From Nitrospirota bacterium (lineage in GTDB: Bacteria; Nitrospirota; UBA9217): a stretch of DNA of 64,000 nt. Position numbers and translations under genes: made by a program. The notes beneath the pieces were generated by a model. It saw only the letters and a list, made by a program, of their open reading frames with translations, had not been told where the DNA came from and ran no database searches. The stretch is from the NCBI GenBank assembly GCA_029858565.1, contig JAOUEV010000002.1, positions 96,001-160,000 of the forward strand, given 5' to 3'. Numbering within the stretch: position 1 is the stretch's first letter; every line of letters starts with the position of its first letter. Of the stretch, positions 8,904-19,229 are shown piece by piece.

Positions 8904-10217
8904 TCAGTTCTTATGCTGGAAATTGTCTCCCCGCGACAGGCTGTCCCAGCTTTTTTTGACAACTGCGGTTGCAGTACGTGTTTTGACCAGGATGACCTGG
9001 ACCTCGCCAATCACCTTATTTACACCTGAGTCGTTCCCGCCGTCGGCATATATAAGGTAGCGGTCCCCGGGATCAACGCCATCCTCTTTCCCTTTGTCCA
9101 AATAGACGATATCCACCTGCCCGTTGAGATCCCGCCGATCGACCACTTCCAGGATCTGCCCGGTAAGGTTCTTTGTCGGCCGCGGAGTCGATGTCGGGTA
9201 GATAAGCGTCGGTTCCTGATAGGGCATGAGCAGACTCCCTTTTTCGGCCGCGTCAAAGGACAGAATGATGCTTGCGGTTGCGGTCGTGGATCCTTCGTCG
9301 TTGACCTTAGTTACTTTCAGGATGCCCAGGATCTTATACAGTTCACCAAAGTACTTGTTGGTGGCAGGGTGTTTTACCGTGTTGACCGGTTGAAAGATCA
9401 GGAACCGGTCGCCGACAGCGACCGCGGGGCGGGAATGAATCGATATGTAGACGACATCATCATGGCCGAAGATCGTTTTCGCGGCATCGGCTGAAGATCC
9501 GATAATATAATCATCGCTATCCTCTTCACTGACAAAACCGGCGCTTAACATGATGTACTTATCGACAACAGGCCGCTCTGCTTCCGTGGGCAGGATTAGT
9601 CTGCTTCCTGGGGCTGGTTCCTCCTGTCCGGGAGCGGCGGCATCGATCGACTGCTTCCTGAAGAACGAGGGAAGCACCGGCTGATCCGGTGCTGGCGCAG
9701 CAGCGACAGGCGCCGGGGCTTCTTTCGCCGTGATGGTCTTTTCTTCGACCGGCGCAGGTTCCTGAGGAGCGCTCATTGCTCGTTCCACAGGAGCAAGGCT
9801 CGGGATCACCAATTGCCGGCCGGGATAGATAAGATCAGGATCGGCGATGACTGGATTGGCCTGCCAGATAAGCGGCCACAGGAAGGGATCTCGATAATGG
9901 GCAGACGCAATGTCCCAGAGCGTATCACCTTCCTTGATGACATATTGTCCCGGTTGGTCCGAAGAGGCAGCTGCCTCGGCTGCTTCGGCCGCAGATGCCG
10001 GCTGGTCTTTCTTGTCCCCCGGGGGAGTGACAGGAGCTCCCGGAAGAGCAACAGTGCCCTGCGATGCCCCCCCCTGGTCCTGTGTGTTGCCTCCGGCCGG
10101 TGCGGCGGTGTTCGCAGGTTCCTGGACCCACGCGGTCTGGGGGCATGTCAGGATGACAAGTAGGGTGAGTATGATCCCGCTGGCGGGGATGTACCGGATG
10201 GACCTCCTGCTGGTCAT
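8904..10217 (-). CDS. LysM peptidoglycan-binding secreted protein
   Basis: Signal peptide, Pro/Ala linker and LysM motif YVIKEGDTLWDIA...WPLIWQANPVIADPDLIYPG. Confidence 0.88.
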   Translation of the reverse strand: MTSRRSIRYIPASGIILTLLVILTCPQTAWVQEPANTAAPAGGNTQDQGGASQGTVALPGAPVTPPGDKKDQPASAAEAAEAAASSDQPGQYVIKEGDTLWDIASAHYRDPFLWPLIWQANPVIADPDLIYPGRQLVIPSLAPVERAMSAPQEPAPVEEKTITAKEAPAPVAAAPAPDQPVLPSFFRKQSIDAAAPGQEEPAPGSRLILPTEAERPVVDKYIMLSAGFVSEEDSDDYIIGSSADAAKTIFGHDDVVYISIHSRPAVAVGDRFLIFQPVNTVKHPATNKYFGELYKILGILKVTKVNDEGSTTATASIILSFDAAEKGSLLMPYQEPTLIYPTSTPRPTKNLTGQILEVVDRRDLNGQVDIVYLDKGKEDGVDPGDRYLIYADGGNDSGVNKVIGEVQVILVKTRTATAVVKKSWDSLSRGDNFQHKN

Positions 10218-10612
10218 TGCTCCTGCCTCCTCACGGGCTTCGCTTTCTTATTTTTCTTTTTCACAGTGCTCTTCTGTTTTTTCTTTCCCGACGAAGTGTT
10301 CTGACCGTTAGTTTGGGACGATCCGACAGATGATCCCGAGTCGGCCGAAGTGATCCGGGAAGCCTGGGAACGCTGCTCTTCGACGGCCTTGAGACGGGTG
10401 GTCAGCGCCTCGGTCGTGCTCGTCTGTTCGTCCAGTTTTCGCCGGGTCTCTTTCTGGAGGGACTGGAGCTCAAGCAGCTGTTTTTGAAGGATGAGGACCT
10501 GATCCTTGACTGGATCTGCGGGAGGTGGGGCTGGTTTTGTGGATGCGCATGCGGTGACAACAAACGCGAGAACGGCAGGAAGTATCGCATGGAGCACCAC
10601 TCTTCGTTCCAT
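10214..10612 (-). CDS. Small coiled-coil lipoprotein (CpoB N-terminal-like) with a basic tail
   Basis: Lipobox VTAC, coiled coil, Lys-rich C-terminus; 4-bp overlap with the LysM gene. Confidence 0.65.
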   Translation of the reverse strand: MERRVVLHAILPAVLAFVVTACASTKPAPPPADPVKDQVLILQKQLLELQSLQKETRRKLDEQTSTTEALTTRLKAVEEQRSQASRITSADSGSSVGSSQTNGQNTSSGKKKQKSTVKKKNKKAKPVRRQEQ

Positions 10613-10764
10613 CCATCCTCCTTCCGGTCGATTAGCAAGCCTGTTGAGCACCGAATTGCACTTAAGATAGCCGAGAAACCCGTTGTTTGTCAAGAGAATT
10701 CCTCGATGACGCCGGCGCAGGGAGCATGTGGCGCTGCCCTTTACGCTCTATCCGCGGCATGTGT

Positions 10765-10849
10765 TGACAGCGGACATGCGGTGACAGCGGACATGCGGTG
10801 ACAGCGGACATGCGGTGACAGCGGACATGCGGTGACAGCGGACATGCGG
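10765..10849. repeat. Tandem repeat, 5 exact copies of 17 bp TGACAGCGGACATGCGG
   Basis: Copies start at 10765, 10782, 10799, 10816 and 10833 with no spacers; a degenerate copy lies just upstream. Confidence 0.97.
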
Positions 10850-10853
10850 TGCC

Positions 10854-10882
10854 TTGCTTTCCCTGGGCTATTTTGGTATTCT
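10854..10882 (+). promoter_or_regulatory. Putative sigma70 promoter of the kinase gene
   Basis: TTGCTT-17 bp-TATTCT with a TG extended -10. Confidence 0.4.
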
Positions 10883-10891
10883 GCCGTCATC

Positions 10892-13060
10892 ATGAACCAT
10901 GATGAACCACAGGTGGTGAAGCGGGTGAGCTTCAAGGGAGTGCTGTTCCTTGCGGCTTTTGTTATCCTGACCGCGGCAGCCATCGTCCTGCAGATCCGCT
11001 TTCGCGGATTCGGGGGCCCGCTTTCGGACAACCTGCTCATTCTGATCCTGATCAACGCTAATTTCCTCCTCCTGGCAGCCGTCATATTCATGATCGGCAG
11101 GAGCCTCTGGAAGCTTTCAGCGGAACGCAGAAGCAAAGTCCTGGGAGCGAAGTTCCGCACCCGCCTGGTGGCCGCCTTTGTGAGCCTTTCGTTCATCCCG
11201 ACGGTGCTCCTGTTTGTCATCGGCAGCGGCATCTATACCCGCGGCATGGAGCGTCTTTTCAGTCTCCGGCTCGAGAACACCCTGCAGGAATCGGTTTCGG
11301 TGTCTCAGGCCTTTTATGATCATTTGACCGGCCAGGCACGGGGATTCTCCCGGCAGATCAGCGGGCAGCTGACCGAGGAACGGATGGTGGCCCGGTTCGA
11401 ACCCGCGGTGCTTCGCGACTATCTGACACGGAAGTCGCAGGAATACGGCATCGGAGCGGTCGAACTCTACGGAGAGAACCGCAGACTGCTCACATCGGTC
11501 GTGACGTCCCAGTTCCCAGCCCGGACATTCTCCGGAGCCGACCCGGGACTTGTCGCTGCTGCTTTTGAGGCAAAGGAGGCGACGGACAGGACGGACCTCG
11601 GAAGAAAGGGAGAGATCGTGCGTGCCGCCGCTCCGCTCTACGGGGTCGAGACCGGATCAACGGTGGTCGGCGCTGTGGCCGTGAGCTATTATGTTTCCTC
11701 GAGCCTGACCAGCAAGATCGATGAGATCCGCGCCGGGTACATAGAATACCGGTCGGCATTCAAGAATAAGGAACTGCTCAAGCTGTCCTATCGGCTCGGC
11801 TTTCTGGCGGTTATGCTCACACTGGTTCTGGCTGCCATCTGGGTCGCCCTTCGGGTTGCGGCGGGCATCACCGTTCCGATCAGAAAGCTTGCCGAGGGGA
11901 CCGTCGAGGTTGCGCGGGGAAACCTGGATTACCGGATCGACGATCCGTCAGGCGACGAGGTCGGTCTGCTGGTGGGATCCTTCAACCGGATGACGGCAGA
12001 TCTGAAGCATTCCAGCGAGCAGCTCCGCCAGGAAGTATCCAACCGCGAGATCATCCTGACGACCATTGACGCGGGTGTCGTGTCCCTTGACCGAAGCGGC
12101 AGGATCACCACGATCAATCCCGCTGCATCAAGGATCCTCGGTGTGGTATCCGAAGACCTGCTCGGACGGCGGTATGATGACGCTTTCGGATTCATTGATC
12201 TCAAACCGATCCGCAGACTGTTCCGGAAGCTGGAGGAAGGTCATGGACGGACCGAGGAAGAGCTCACGCTGTCGGTCCGGGGGAGGACCCTCACCCTTCG
12301 GATGCGCGTGTCCACGCTTCGGGACAGCGCCGGAACGCTGATGGGGTCCGTGATCACCTTTGATGACCTGACCGAGTTGCTGCGCGCGAAGAAGGCTGAG
12401 ACCTGGCAGGACGTGGCGCGCAAGATAGCTCACGAAGTGAAGAACCCGCTTACCCCTATCAAGCTGTCCGCTGAACGCCTCCGGAAGAAATATCTGGAAC
12501 GTTCGCCGGATTTCGACCGGGTCTTCGACGAGTCGAGCCAGACGATCATCCAGCAGGTCGATGGCCTGAAGGGACTCCTGGACGAGTTCTCCGAATATGC
12601 GCGGATGCCGCGGCCCAATCCGGCGCCTCAGGCGCTGGGGCCGGTCGTGGACAGCGTTGTGAAGCTCTACGACGGTATGCATAAAGGGATACAATTCCGG
12701 CAGGAGATACCGCAAGGGCTACCCGACCTGCCGATTGATCAGGAACAAATGAAACGGGTGTTCATCAACCTTGTCAAGAACGCAATTGAGGTCATGGACC
12801 AGGGTGGTACGATCGGCATCACGGCGCAGGCAGATGCGGCGGGAAACACCATTCGTATCGATGTGTCCGATGACGGCCCCGGTATCTCCGAGGAGGACGT
12901 GGTCCGCCTCTTCGAACCGTATTTTTCGCGGAAGAAAAAGGGTGGTGGCCTCGGGCTGGCCATTGTTGAGCGCATCGTCGCCGATCACAACGGAACGATC
13001 CGTGCCGAGCGGAACCATCCTCAGGGGGCCAGGTTCATCATTGAGTTGCCCGTGAAGTAA
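10892..13060 (+). CDS. NtrY-like sensor histidine kinase (TM-HAMP-PAS-HisKA-HATPase)
   Basis: WQDVARKIAHEVKNPLTPIKLSAERL H-box, NLVKNAIE, DDGPG, GLGLAI; HAMP segment DEVGLLVGSFNRM. Confidence 0.92.
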   Translation: MNHDEPQVVKRVSFKGVLFLAAFVILTAAAIVLQIRFRGFGGPLSDNLLILILINANFLLLAAVIFMIGRSLWKLSAERRSKVLGAKFRTRLVAAFVSLSFIPTVLLFVIGSGIYTRGMERLFSLRLENTLQESVSVSQAFYDHLTGQARGFSRQISGQLTEERMVARFEPAVLRDYLTRKSQEYGIGAVELYGENRRLLTSVVTSQFPARTFSGADPGLVAAAFEAKEATDRTDLGRKGEIVRAAAPLYGVETGSTVVGAVAVSYYVSSSLTSKIDEIRAGYIEYRSAFKNKELLKLSYRLGFLAVMLTLVLAAIWVALRVAAGITVPIRKLAEGTVEVARGNLDYRIDDPSGDEVGLLVGSFNRMTADLKHSSEQLRQEVSNREIILTTIDAGVVSLDRSGRITTINPAASRILGVVSEDLLGRRYDDAFGFIDLKPIRRLFRKLEEGHGRTEEELTLSVRGRTLTLRMRVSTLRDSAGTLMGSVITFDDLTELLRAKKAETWQDVARKIAHEVKNPLTPIKLSAERLRKKYLERSPDFDRVFDESSQTIIQQVDGLKGLLDEFSEYARMPRPNPAPQALGPVVDSVVKLYDGMHKGIQFRQEIPQGLPDLPIDQEQMKRVFINLVKNAIEVMDQGGTIGITAQADAAGNTIRIDVSDDGPGISEEDVVRLFEPYFSRKKKGGGLGLAIVERIVADHNGTIRAERNHPQGARFIIELPVK

Positions 13061-13177
13061 GACTTGTACTGACCGCAGATCGCGGATCGAGCGGAAACGT
13101 TCACGTGGATGACACGGGAATCGGCGATCCGATATCCGGGATCTGCAGGCGGTAATTTTTGCTGAGGAGGTTGTATC

Positions 13178-13549
13178 TTGGATACTTTTTCCATAGTACT
13201 GATCGTGTTTTTCGGCGCATATGTTGCTATCAAGCTCCTGGGCTATCTGAGCAGGCTCGGGATCAAGCAGGTGACCGCGCGTCAGATCGATCAGATGAAG
13301 GGCATCATGCTCCTCGATGTGCGCTCGGACAAGGAGTTCAAACAGGGGCACATCCCGGGATCCATCCACATTCCCCTTGAAGAAGTGGGGAGCAAGGCAA
13401 AGAAGCTCCGGAAAGACAAGGAGCTTGTCGTGTACTGCCAGAGCGGGAACCGGAGTATCTGGGCGATCAAGCGGCTCATGGGGATGGGATTTACGAACCT
13501 TCATAATCTGAAGGGCGGCTATCATGCCTGGAAGCGCATCCATCGTTGA
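13178..13549 (+). CDS. Membrane-anchored rhodanese-like protein
   Basis: TM followed by LLDVRS...GHIPGSIHIPL...VYCQSGNRS...NLKGG. Confidence 0.85.
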   Translation: MDTFSIVLIVFFGAYVAIKLLGYLSRLGIKQVTARQIDQMKGIMLLDVRSDKEFKQGHIPGSIHIPLEEVGSKAKKLRKDKELVVYCQSGNRSIWAIKRLMGMGFTNLHNLKGGYHAWKRIHR

Positions 13550-14177
13550 ACTGAAGCGGGACTATCGGGCGAAGAAGCGAGCCATCGAGTCCCGGCTCAG
13601 GGAGTTCCGGAAGGTCCTCCCACGGGGTGATGAAGCGGTCTTCGAGGAGCTTTGTTTCTGCATACTCACTGCCGGCAGCAGCGCGCGCATGGGGATGAAG
13701 ACCATCGCGGCCCTGCGCGACCTTCTTCAGACCGGGAGCGAGGAGGAACTGCAGGAACGGGCGGGAAAGAACCGTGTCCGGTTCTGGAGAGTGCGGCCAT
13801 CCTATATCTACCAGACCCGGGAGTACCTTCGTCAGCACTGCGGACTGCGGCTACGGGAACTTCTCGTCTCCTTTGAAGATCCCCAGGAACGCCGTGATTT
13901 CTTCGCCGGGAACAGGGCGATCAAAGGCCTGGGGTACAAGGAGACCAGCCACTTTTTGCGGAACATCGGCTTTGGCGGCTACGCGATCCTGGACAAGCAT
14001 ATCGTGAACAGCCTGCGGGAACTGGGCGTGATCGGTAAACAGCTTAAACCGACGACCCGGAAGGGATATCTTTCGATCGAGAATAAGATGAGGCGGTTCG
14101 CCGAAGAGATCGAAATCGATATGGACCACCTGGACCTGCTGCTGTGGTCGCGCAAGACCGGGGAAATACTGAAATAG
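13524..14177 (+). CDS. ogg: N-glycosylase/DNA lyase (8-oxoguanine glycosylase, Ogg2-type)
   Basis: FEELCFCILTA, IKGLGYKETSHFLRNIG, AILDKHI, LDLLLWSRKTGEILK. Confidence 0.88.
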   Translation: MPGSASIVELKRDYRAKKRAIESRLREFRKVLPRGDEAVFEELCFCILTAGSSARMGMKTIAALRDLLQTGSEEELQERAGKNRVRFWRVRPSYIYQTREYLRQHCGLRLRELLVSFEDPQERRDFFAGNRAIKGLGYKETSHFLRNIGFGGYAILDKHIVNSLRELGVIGKQLKPTTRKGYLSIENKMRRFAEEIEIDMDHLDLLLWSRKTGEILK

Positions 14178-14271
14178 ACGGCAAGCCGGAGGGTGGTCTT
14201 CCGTAGGTCGCACAGGTGGCGGGGAATGGAACCATAACCGTAGATCCGCTGAGCGTAGTCGCGAGGGGAAC

Positions 14272-14568
14272 ATGGCTGACAAGGGACTGAAGAAAGCGAT
14301 CATCATCGGCGCCGCTCTCGGCGCCGTTCTTACTCTGGGCGTGGCCCTTTCAATGGACTACTTCCTGTCGAGTTCTCTGCAGGGGACCTGGCGGGATGCT
14401 GCCGTGAAGGATGTGACCAAAATGTTCGGACCATCTTGCGGTCAGAACTGGTTCGCGGTCACCCTGGTCCTGGTGTTCGTCATGGCCTTTCTTGCCGGTT
14501 TCGGTGCGATACTCGGGACCGTGGGCGCCGTCATCATCAACCGGTTCTTTAAATTCCTCCTGAAATGA
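14272..14568 (+). CDS. Small hypothetical membrane protein
   Basis: 98 aa with two hydrophobic segments and an RBS. Confidence 0.65.
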   Translation: MADKGLKKAIIIGAALGAVLTLGVALSMDYFLSSSLQGTWRDAAVKDVTKMFGPSCGQNWFAVTLVLVFVMAFLAGFGAILGTVGAVIINRFFKFLLK

Positions 14569-14710
14569 TTATGATCCCGAAGCGGTTCACAGGCAGCGGG
14601 AGTACGTTTCCTCTCTGGTACGCAGGGACGCTGTCCGGATTTGTCTTTTTTTTCGACAGGGAAAGTGCGATAATTTTCCGATATCAGCCGCTCCATGACT
14701 AGGTCAGCCT

Positions 14711-15937
14711 ATGTTGTTCAATATCCTTAAACGCTCATTCCTGAACCAGAAGCGCGCGATGGCGGTCATGATCGTGTCCGTGGCCGTCGGGACCGCTATA
14801 GCAGCGTCCCTGCTCGCGCTATCCTTCGATATTTCATCAAAGGTCTCCAGGGAACTTCGTTCCTTTGGCGCGAATATCGTGGTCCAGCCCCGGATAACAG
14901 GATTGGCAGGCGTGAGCGGACAGAAACGCTATCTGCGCGAGGCCGACATTCCCAAGGCAAAGACCATCTTCTGGAGGCACAACATCCTCGGTGTTGCACC
15001 ACTGCTCGTTGTGCGTGATGAAAAGCAGAACGCCCAGGTGCTCGGGACCTGGTACCTCAGGACGATCGCCTTGCCGGGAGAAAAAAAAGGATTCGATACC
15101 GGCGCTTCTACGGTCATGCCATGGTGGTCTATAGAGGGGAAATGGCCAGCGGGGGACAGCGAAATCCTGGCGGGCATCGGCATTGCAGAAAAGAAGAACC
15201 TTAAGATCGGGGACCGCGTTGCCGTAGGAGGAAGGCAACTCAGGATATCGGGCGTCCTGAACGCCGGCGGGAGAGAAGATGACATGTTCGTCGGCGAGCT
15301 CGCGACGGTACAGCTCTTATACGGCCTCCCCGGCAGGATATCCCAGGTCGCGGTGAGCGCGCTGACCACGCCCATGGACGATTTTGCCTATAAGGACCCG
15401 GCGACCATGTCCCGGAAGGAATATGAGAAGTGGTACTGCACGGGGTATGTCACCTCGATCGCAAAGCAGCTCGAAGAGGTCTTCGCAGGCTCGGTTGCCC
15501 GTCCCATCTGGCCGGTCGCCGAGGCAGAGGGAAATGTGTTAAGCCGACTTGAGCTCCTGATCATACTGCTGACCGCAGTGTCGCTCCTTGCCGCAGCCCT
15601 GGGTATATCCACGACCATGATCATGAGCCTGCTTAAGCGGACCGAGGAGGTCGCGCTCATGAAAGGGCTCGGGGCGAACACGCTGCAGACGGTTACCGTG
15701 TTCCTTTCCGAGGCGCTCCTCATCGGCCTGGCCGGCGGCGCGGTCGGTTATCTTCTTTCCCTGGGCATATCAAGCTATCTCGGATATCAGGTCTTCGGCA
15801 CGGCGCTGGAGCAGAAGGGGATGCTTCTGCCGATCAGCATCGGCGTATCCGAGGTGATCTCGGTGCTCGGGGCCTACCTCCCGATCAGGCGTGCGCTTCG
15901 GATAAAACCAGCAATTGTGCTGAAGGGAGGCCAATAG
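14711..15937 (+). CDS. MacB/FtsX-type ABC permease (iron-uptake-associated subfamily)
   Basis: SFGANIVV, YEKWYCTGYVTSIAKQLEE motif, FtsX C-terminal TMs (EVALMKGLGA). Confidence 0.88.
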   Translation: MLFNILKRSFLNQKRAMAVMIVSVAVGTAIAASLLALSFDISSKVSRELRSFGANIVVQPRITGLAGVSGQKRYLREADIPKAKTIFWRHNILGVAPLLVVRDEKQNAQVLGTWYLRTIALPGEKKGFDTGASTVMPWWSIEGKWPAGDSEILAGIGIAEKKNLKIGDRVAVGGRQLRISGVLNAGGREDDMFVGELATVQLLYGLPGRISQVAVSALTTPMDDFAYKDPATMSRKEYEKWYCTGYVTSIAKQLEEVFAGSVARPIWPVAEAEGNVLSRLELLIILLTAVSLLAAALGISTTMIMSLLKRTEEVALMKGLGANTLQTVTVFLSEALLIGLAGGAVGYLLSLGISSYLGYQVFGTALEQKGMLLPISIGVSEVISVLGAYLPIRRALRIKPAIVLKGGQ

Positions 15938-15974
15938 TCGATCTGCGGAAGCTTTACGCAAGATACTCTTCCTT

Positions 15975-17054
15975 ATGAATGCCTGGTTCAGATATTTCCT
16001 GACACGATCGATCTCTCAGCGGAGGGGGCGGTTCATACTGTCGTCATCGGCCGTGCTGCTGTCCGTCATGGTGGTGACCGCGCTGGTCACGGTCTCGCTG
16101 GGAGTGCGCGAAAAGATCGGCGCGGAGCTGAAGCGCTACGGCGCCAACATGATAGTGACACACGGGGAAGGACAGTTGATCCCGGGAGCTGTCGCACAGG
16201 AGGTTCGTGGTCTTTCTCCGGCGATCAAGGACGCAGCATCGCAGCTCTACGGCAGCGCAATGCTCCGGCAAACGGCCGTGGAGATCGTTGGGATCGAACC
16301 AGGGAAAATGGCCGGCTACCGGGTAGCTGGCTCCTTGCCGGCCGGCCCCTCCGAACTGATGGTCGGTGTCAATCTGCGCGAGGCCATCAAGGTCAAACAA
16401 GGAGGCACGATAGCATTTGACGGTCATTCCGGGGAGTTCACCATTTCGGCTTTTTTTGAAAAAGGGCCTGACGACGATTCCACGATCGTGCTGACCCTCG
16501 CAGGAGCGCAGAAACTGCTTGCCATGGATGGCGTGAGCGCTGTGCTCCTGAACGCGGATTCCGCCCGGCTGCTGGAGGTTGAGCGCCGGGTGCGTGAACG
16601 CTGGCCTTTTCTCGAGGTGAAGACCCTGAAACAGGTTGCTGTTGCCGAGGAGCGGATACTGGGCAGGATCCAGCTGCTCATGCTGCTGGTGACGGTGGTG
16701 GTGCTCTTTTCCTCCATGGTCGCCTTGGGAAGCACAATGGGCGCCAACGTGATTGAACGCATGGAGGAGATCGGATTGATGAAGGCCATCGGTGCGACCC
16801 GGGGCGACATCCGCAGTTTTTTCATGGCTGAGGCGGCCCTGGCCGGGCTCACTGGTTCGCTTGCGGGATACGGAGGCGGCGTTCTGGCTGCCGAGGCTGT
16901 TTCTCGCACAGCTTTCGGTTCCTTCGTTCCCTTGAACGTTCTTGTCATTCCCGGTGCGCTGGTCCTGGGGATGGTCATTGCCATAGCCGCAACCTATATC
17001 CCGGTACGAGGCGCCATGAAGGTAGTGCCAGCCAGGATACTGCGCGGCGAATAG
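15975..17054 (+). CDS. MacB/FtsX-type ABC permease, second subunit
   Basis: ELKRYGANMIV, ERMEEIGLMKAIGA, ILRGE C-terminus. Confidence 0.88.
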   Translation: MNAWFRYFLTRSISQRRGRFILSSSAVLLSVMVVTALVTVSLGVREKIGAELKRYGANMIVTHGEGQLIPGAVAQEVRGLSPAIKDAASQLYGSAMLRQTAVEIVGIEPGKMAGYRVAGSLPAGPSELMVGVNLREAIKVKQGGTIAFDGHSGEFTISAFFEKGPDDDSTIVLTLAGAQKLLAMDGVSAVLLNADSARLLEVERRVRERWPFLEVKTLKQVAVAEERILGRIQLLMLLVTVVVLFSSMVALGSTMGANVIERMEEIGLMKAIGATRGDIRSFFMAEAALAGLTGSLAGYGGGVLAAEAVSRTAFGSFVPLNVLVIPGALVLGMVIAIAATYIPVRGAMKVVPARILRGE

Positions 17055-17191
17055 AGTGAAAGGTGAAGCTCCTTTCGCGGAATTAGGATTGCTGCGGGAT
17101 TTCGAGAGGATTATCCATGTTTCCCGCTCTTTTGTCAGTATTGAACAACCACCCCTGTTAACGGGCCGGAATCTTGTTGAGGATCGATACA

Positions 17192-17860
17192 ATGTCTTTT
17201 ATAACCATTGAGAAGGTGAGCAAGGAATACGCAACGACCCGCGCGCTGAATGGCGTGGATTGCACGATCGGATCGGGCGAGTGGGTCAACATCATGGGGC
17301 CGTCGGGGTCGGGAAAAAGCACGCTTCTGAACATCCTCGGGGGACTCGACAGGCCCACCGAGGGCATTGTTACCATCAACAGCACGGACATCAACAGACT
17401 GTCGGAGGATGAACTTGCACGCTTTCGGCGGGAGACGATCGGTTTCGTGTTCCAGCAATCGCACCTGATACCTTACCTCGATGCCACCGAGAACGTGATG
17501 CTTGCCCAGTATTTCCACAGCATCCCAGACCGCGGGGAGGCAGAAGAGGCGCTGAAGCGCGTTGGACTGGGCCACCGCCTCCGGCATCGGCCGGCCGAGC
17601 TCTCGGGCGGCGAGCAGCAGCGCGTCGGGATCGCCCGCGCGCTGATCAACAATCCCAACCTGCTGCTCGCTGACGAACCGACCGGCAACCTTGACCGTTC
17701 CAATACCAGGAACATCCTCGAACTGCTCAAAGAGCTTCACGCCCAGGAAAAGTTCACCGTCGTAGTAGTGACCCACGACCCCTTTGTGTCCCAATGGGCC
17801 CGTCGGGTGATCTCCATGGAGGACGGAAGGATCATCAGGGATGAGCCGGTTCGTTCTTGA
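17192..17860 (+). CDS. ABC transporter ATP-binding protein (LolD/MacB-like)
   Basis: [26 protein letters not shown]. Confidence 0.95.
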   Translation: MSFITIEKVSKEYATTRALNGVDCTIGSGEWVNIMGPSGSGKSTLLNILGGLDRPTEGIVTINSTDINRLSEDELARFRRETIGFVFQQSHLIPYLDATENVMLAQYFHSIPDRGEAEEALKRVGLGHRLRHRPAELSGGEQQRVGIARALINNPNLLLADEPTGNLDRSNTRNILELLKELHAQEKFTVVVVTHDPFVSQWARRVISMEDGRIIRDEPVRS

Positions 17861-19229
17861 AGCGCTGTTCATTGGAGCGAAAGAAGGCGTCAAGCTTTCT
17901 TTTTGCACTCTGCTGGTATTCTCGCTTCTGAGCGGTCGCGAGCGTCTTCCCCTGAAACGGTCCGTGATTGCCGGACTCCTTGTCGTGTTCCTTGCCTCTT
18001 TTCTCCTGCTTACCCTGCCGGTCACGTTCGAAATGCGCGAAATTATCGTTCGGATGATAGGGTATGTCTTTGGAATTTTCTTTTTTCTTTCCATTGGCGC
18101 GCTCTTTCACGAGTCAGGGACCGATATCATCGGCCCTTTCCGCAGCGTTGGCGGGAAAAGGGTGCTCCAGATCCCTATCCTGCTGGTCTTAACCATTGGT
18201 TATTTTGCGCCTGACATGGCCGGCTCTGCGCTGTTCATTGCAGACCTTGCATCCATGGCACAGGCGCCTATGCCGGTCTTTCTTGCTTCCGGGCTCGGGT
18301 TTGTCCTGTTCATTGCCGGGACCGCTGCCCTTGGCAGGAAGGTACAGCCTGTGTTCCCGCGTCTTTTTGGTTTGCCCCAGGTGCTGCTGACCCTGGCACT
18401 CATCAAACTGCTTGCCGGCGGGATACGGGGATTTGCCGAACTTACTCTCATCCCGGCGGTGCAGGCTGGTCTCATGAAACTGGTCCACGATGTCATTCAC
18501 CAGACCTTTGTCATGATCCTTGTGCCTGACCACCCCGTGCTTTCGACGACAACATGGAACTTTGTGGGTTTCTTGTTTCGGGAGACCGCGGGGCTTTGGT
18601 TGTCTCTGATCCTGCTGGTAACGCCGCTCGTCCTGTTCGTGATCAAACATTTCCGGGAGCCCCTTCGGTATCCCGGGAGCATTGATCGTCCGTCTCAAAG
18701 ACGCATGTTCATCAGGTCTATTCGCGATCAGCGGCTTCTCAAATCGCTTCCCGTGCTTTTCTTTTTAGCGGTAATCATCATGACCTGGTTCTCCCAGCAG
18801 GACGCGCCCGGTGTAAGCCTGTATCTACCGGACCCTAAACCTGTCGCTGCGGACGGAGATGCATTGAATATTCCCATCCAATCGCCGACAGAAGACCTTC
18901 GCGACGGCGCTATTCATAAATTTTCGCTCCTGATTCGTGACGAACAGGTCAGGTTACTGATCATGAAAAAGCCTGACGGGACGCTCACGGCATGCCTCGA
19001 TGCATGCGAAATATGCCCGCCCGATGGTTATGGCCAATCACGAGAACATGTTGTCTGCCTTTACTGTAAAACCCCCATCCCCTTTGATACGGTCGGGAAG
19101 CCCGGTGGATGCAATCCAATCCCCCTGCCAACTGTTGTGACGGACAAGGAAGTGCGGCTGACAATGAAGGATATCTCCGAAAAATGGGTCCTGGTGAAGT
19201 CCGGGGCATCCAAGACTACTGTAAAATGA
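17841..19229 (+). CDS. FTR1-like multi-TM protein with a C-terminal DUF2318 Fe-S domain
   Basis: N-terminal KEGVK resembles the REGxE motif of FTR1; about 8 TMs; C-terminal LDACEIC...VCLYC...GKPGGCNPIP. Confidence 0.75.
   Translation: MSRFVLEALFIGAKEGVKLSFCTLLVFSLLSGRERLPLKRSVIAGLLVVFLASFLLLTLPVTFEMREIIVRMIGYVFGIFFFLSIGALFHESGTDIIGPFRSVGGKRVLQIPILLVLTIGYFAPDMAGSALFIADLASMAQAPMPVFLASGLGFVLFIAGTAALGRKVQPVFPRLFGLPQVLLTLALIKLLAGGIRGFAELTLIPAVQAGLMKLVHDVIHQTFVMILVPDHPVLSTTTWNFVGFLFRETAGLWLSLILLVTPLVLFVIKHFREPLRYPGSIDRPSQRRMFIRSIRDQRLLKSLPVLFFLAVIIMTWFSQQDAPGVSLYLPDPKPVAADGDALNIPIQSPTEDLRDGAIHKFSLLIRDEQVRLLIMKKPDGTLTACLDACEICPPDGYGQSREHVVCLYCKTPIPFDTVGKPGGCNPIPLPTVVTDKEVRLTMKDISEKWVLVKSGASKTTVK

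Noticed and set aside
10765-10849. 17-bp repeats as a CRISPR array
   Set aside because: The units are contiguous with no spacers, are too short, and no cas genes are present.
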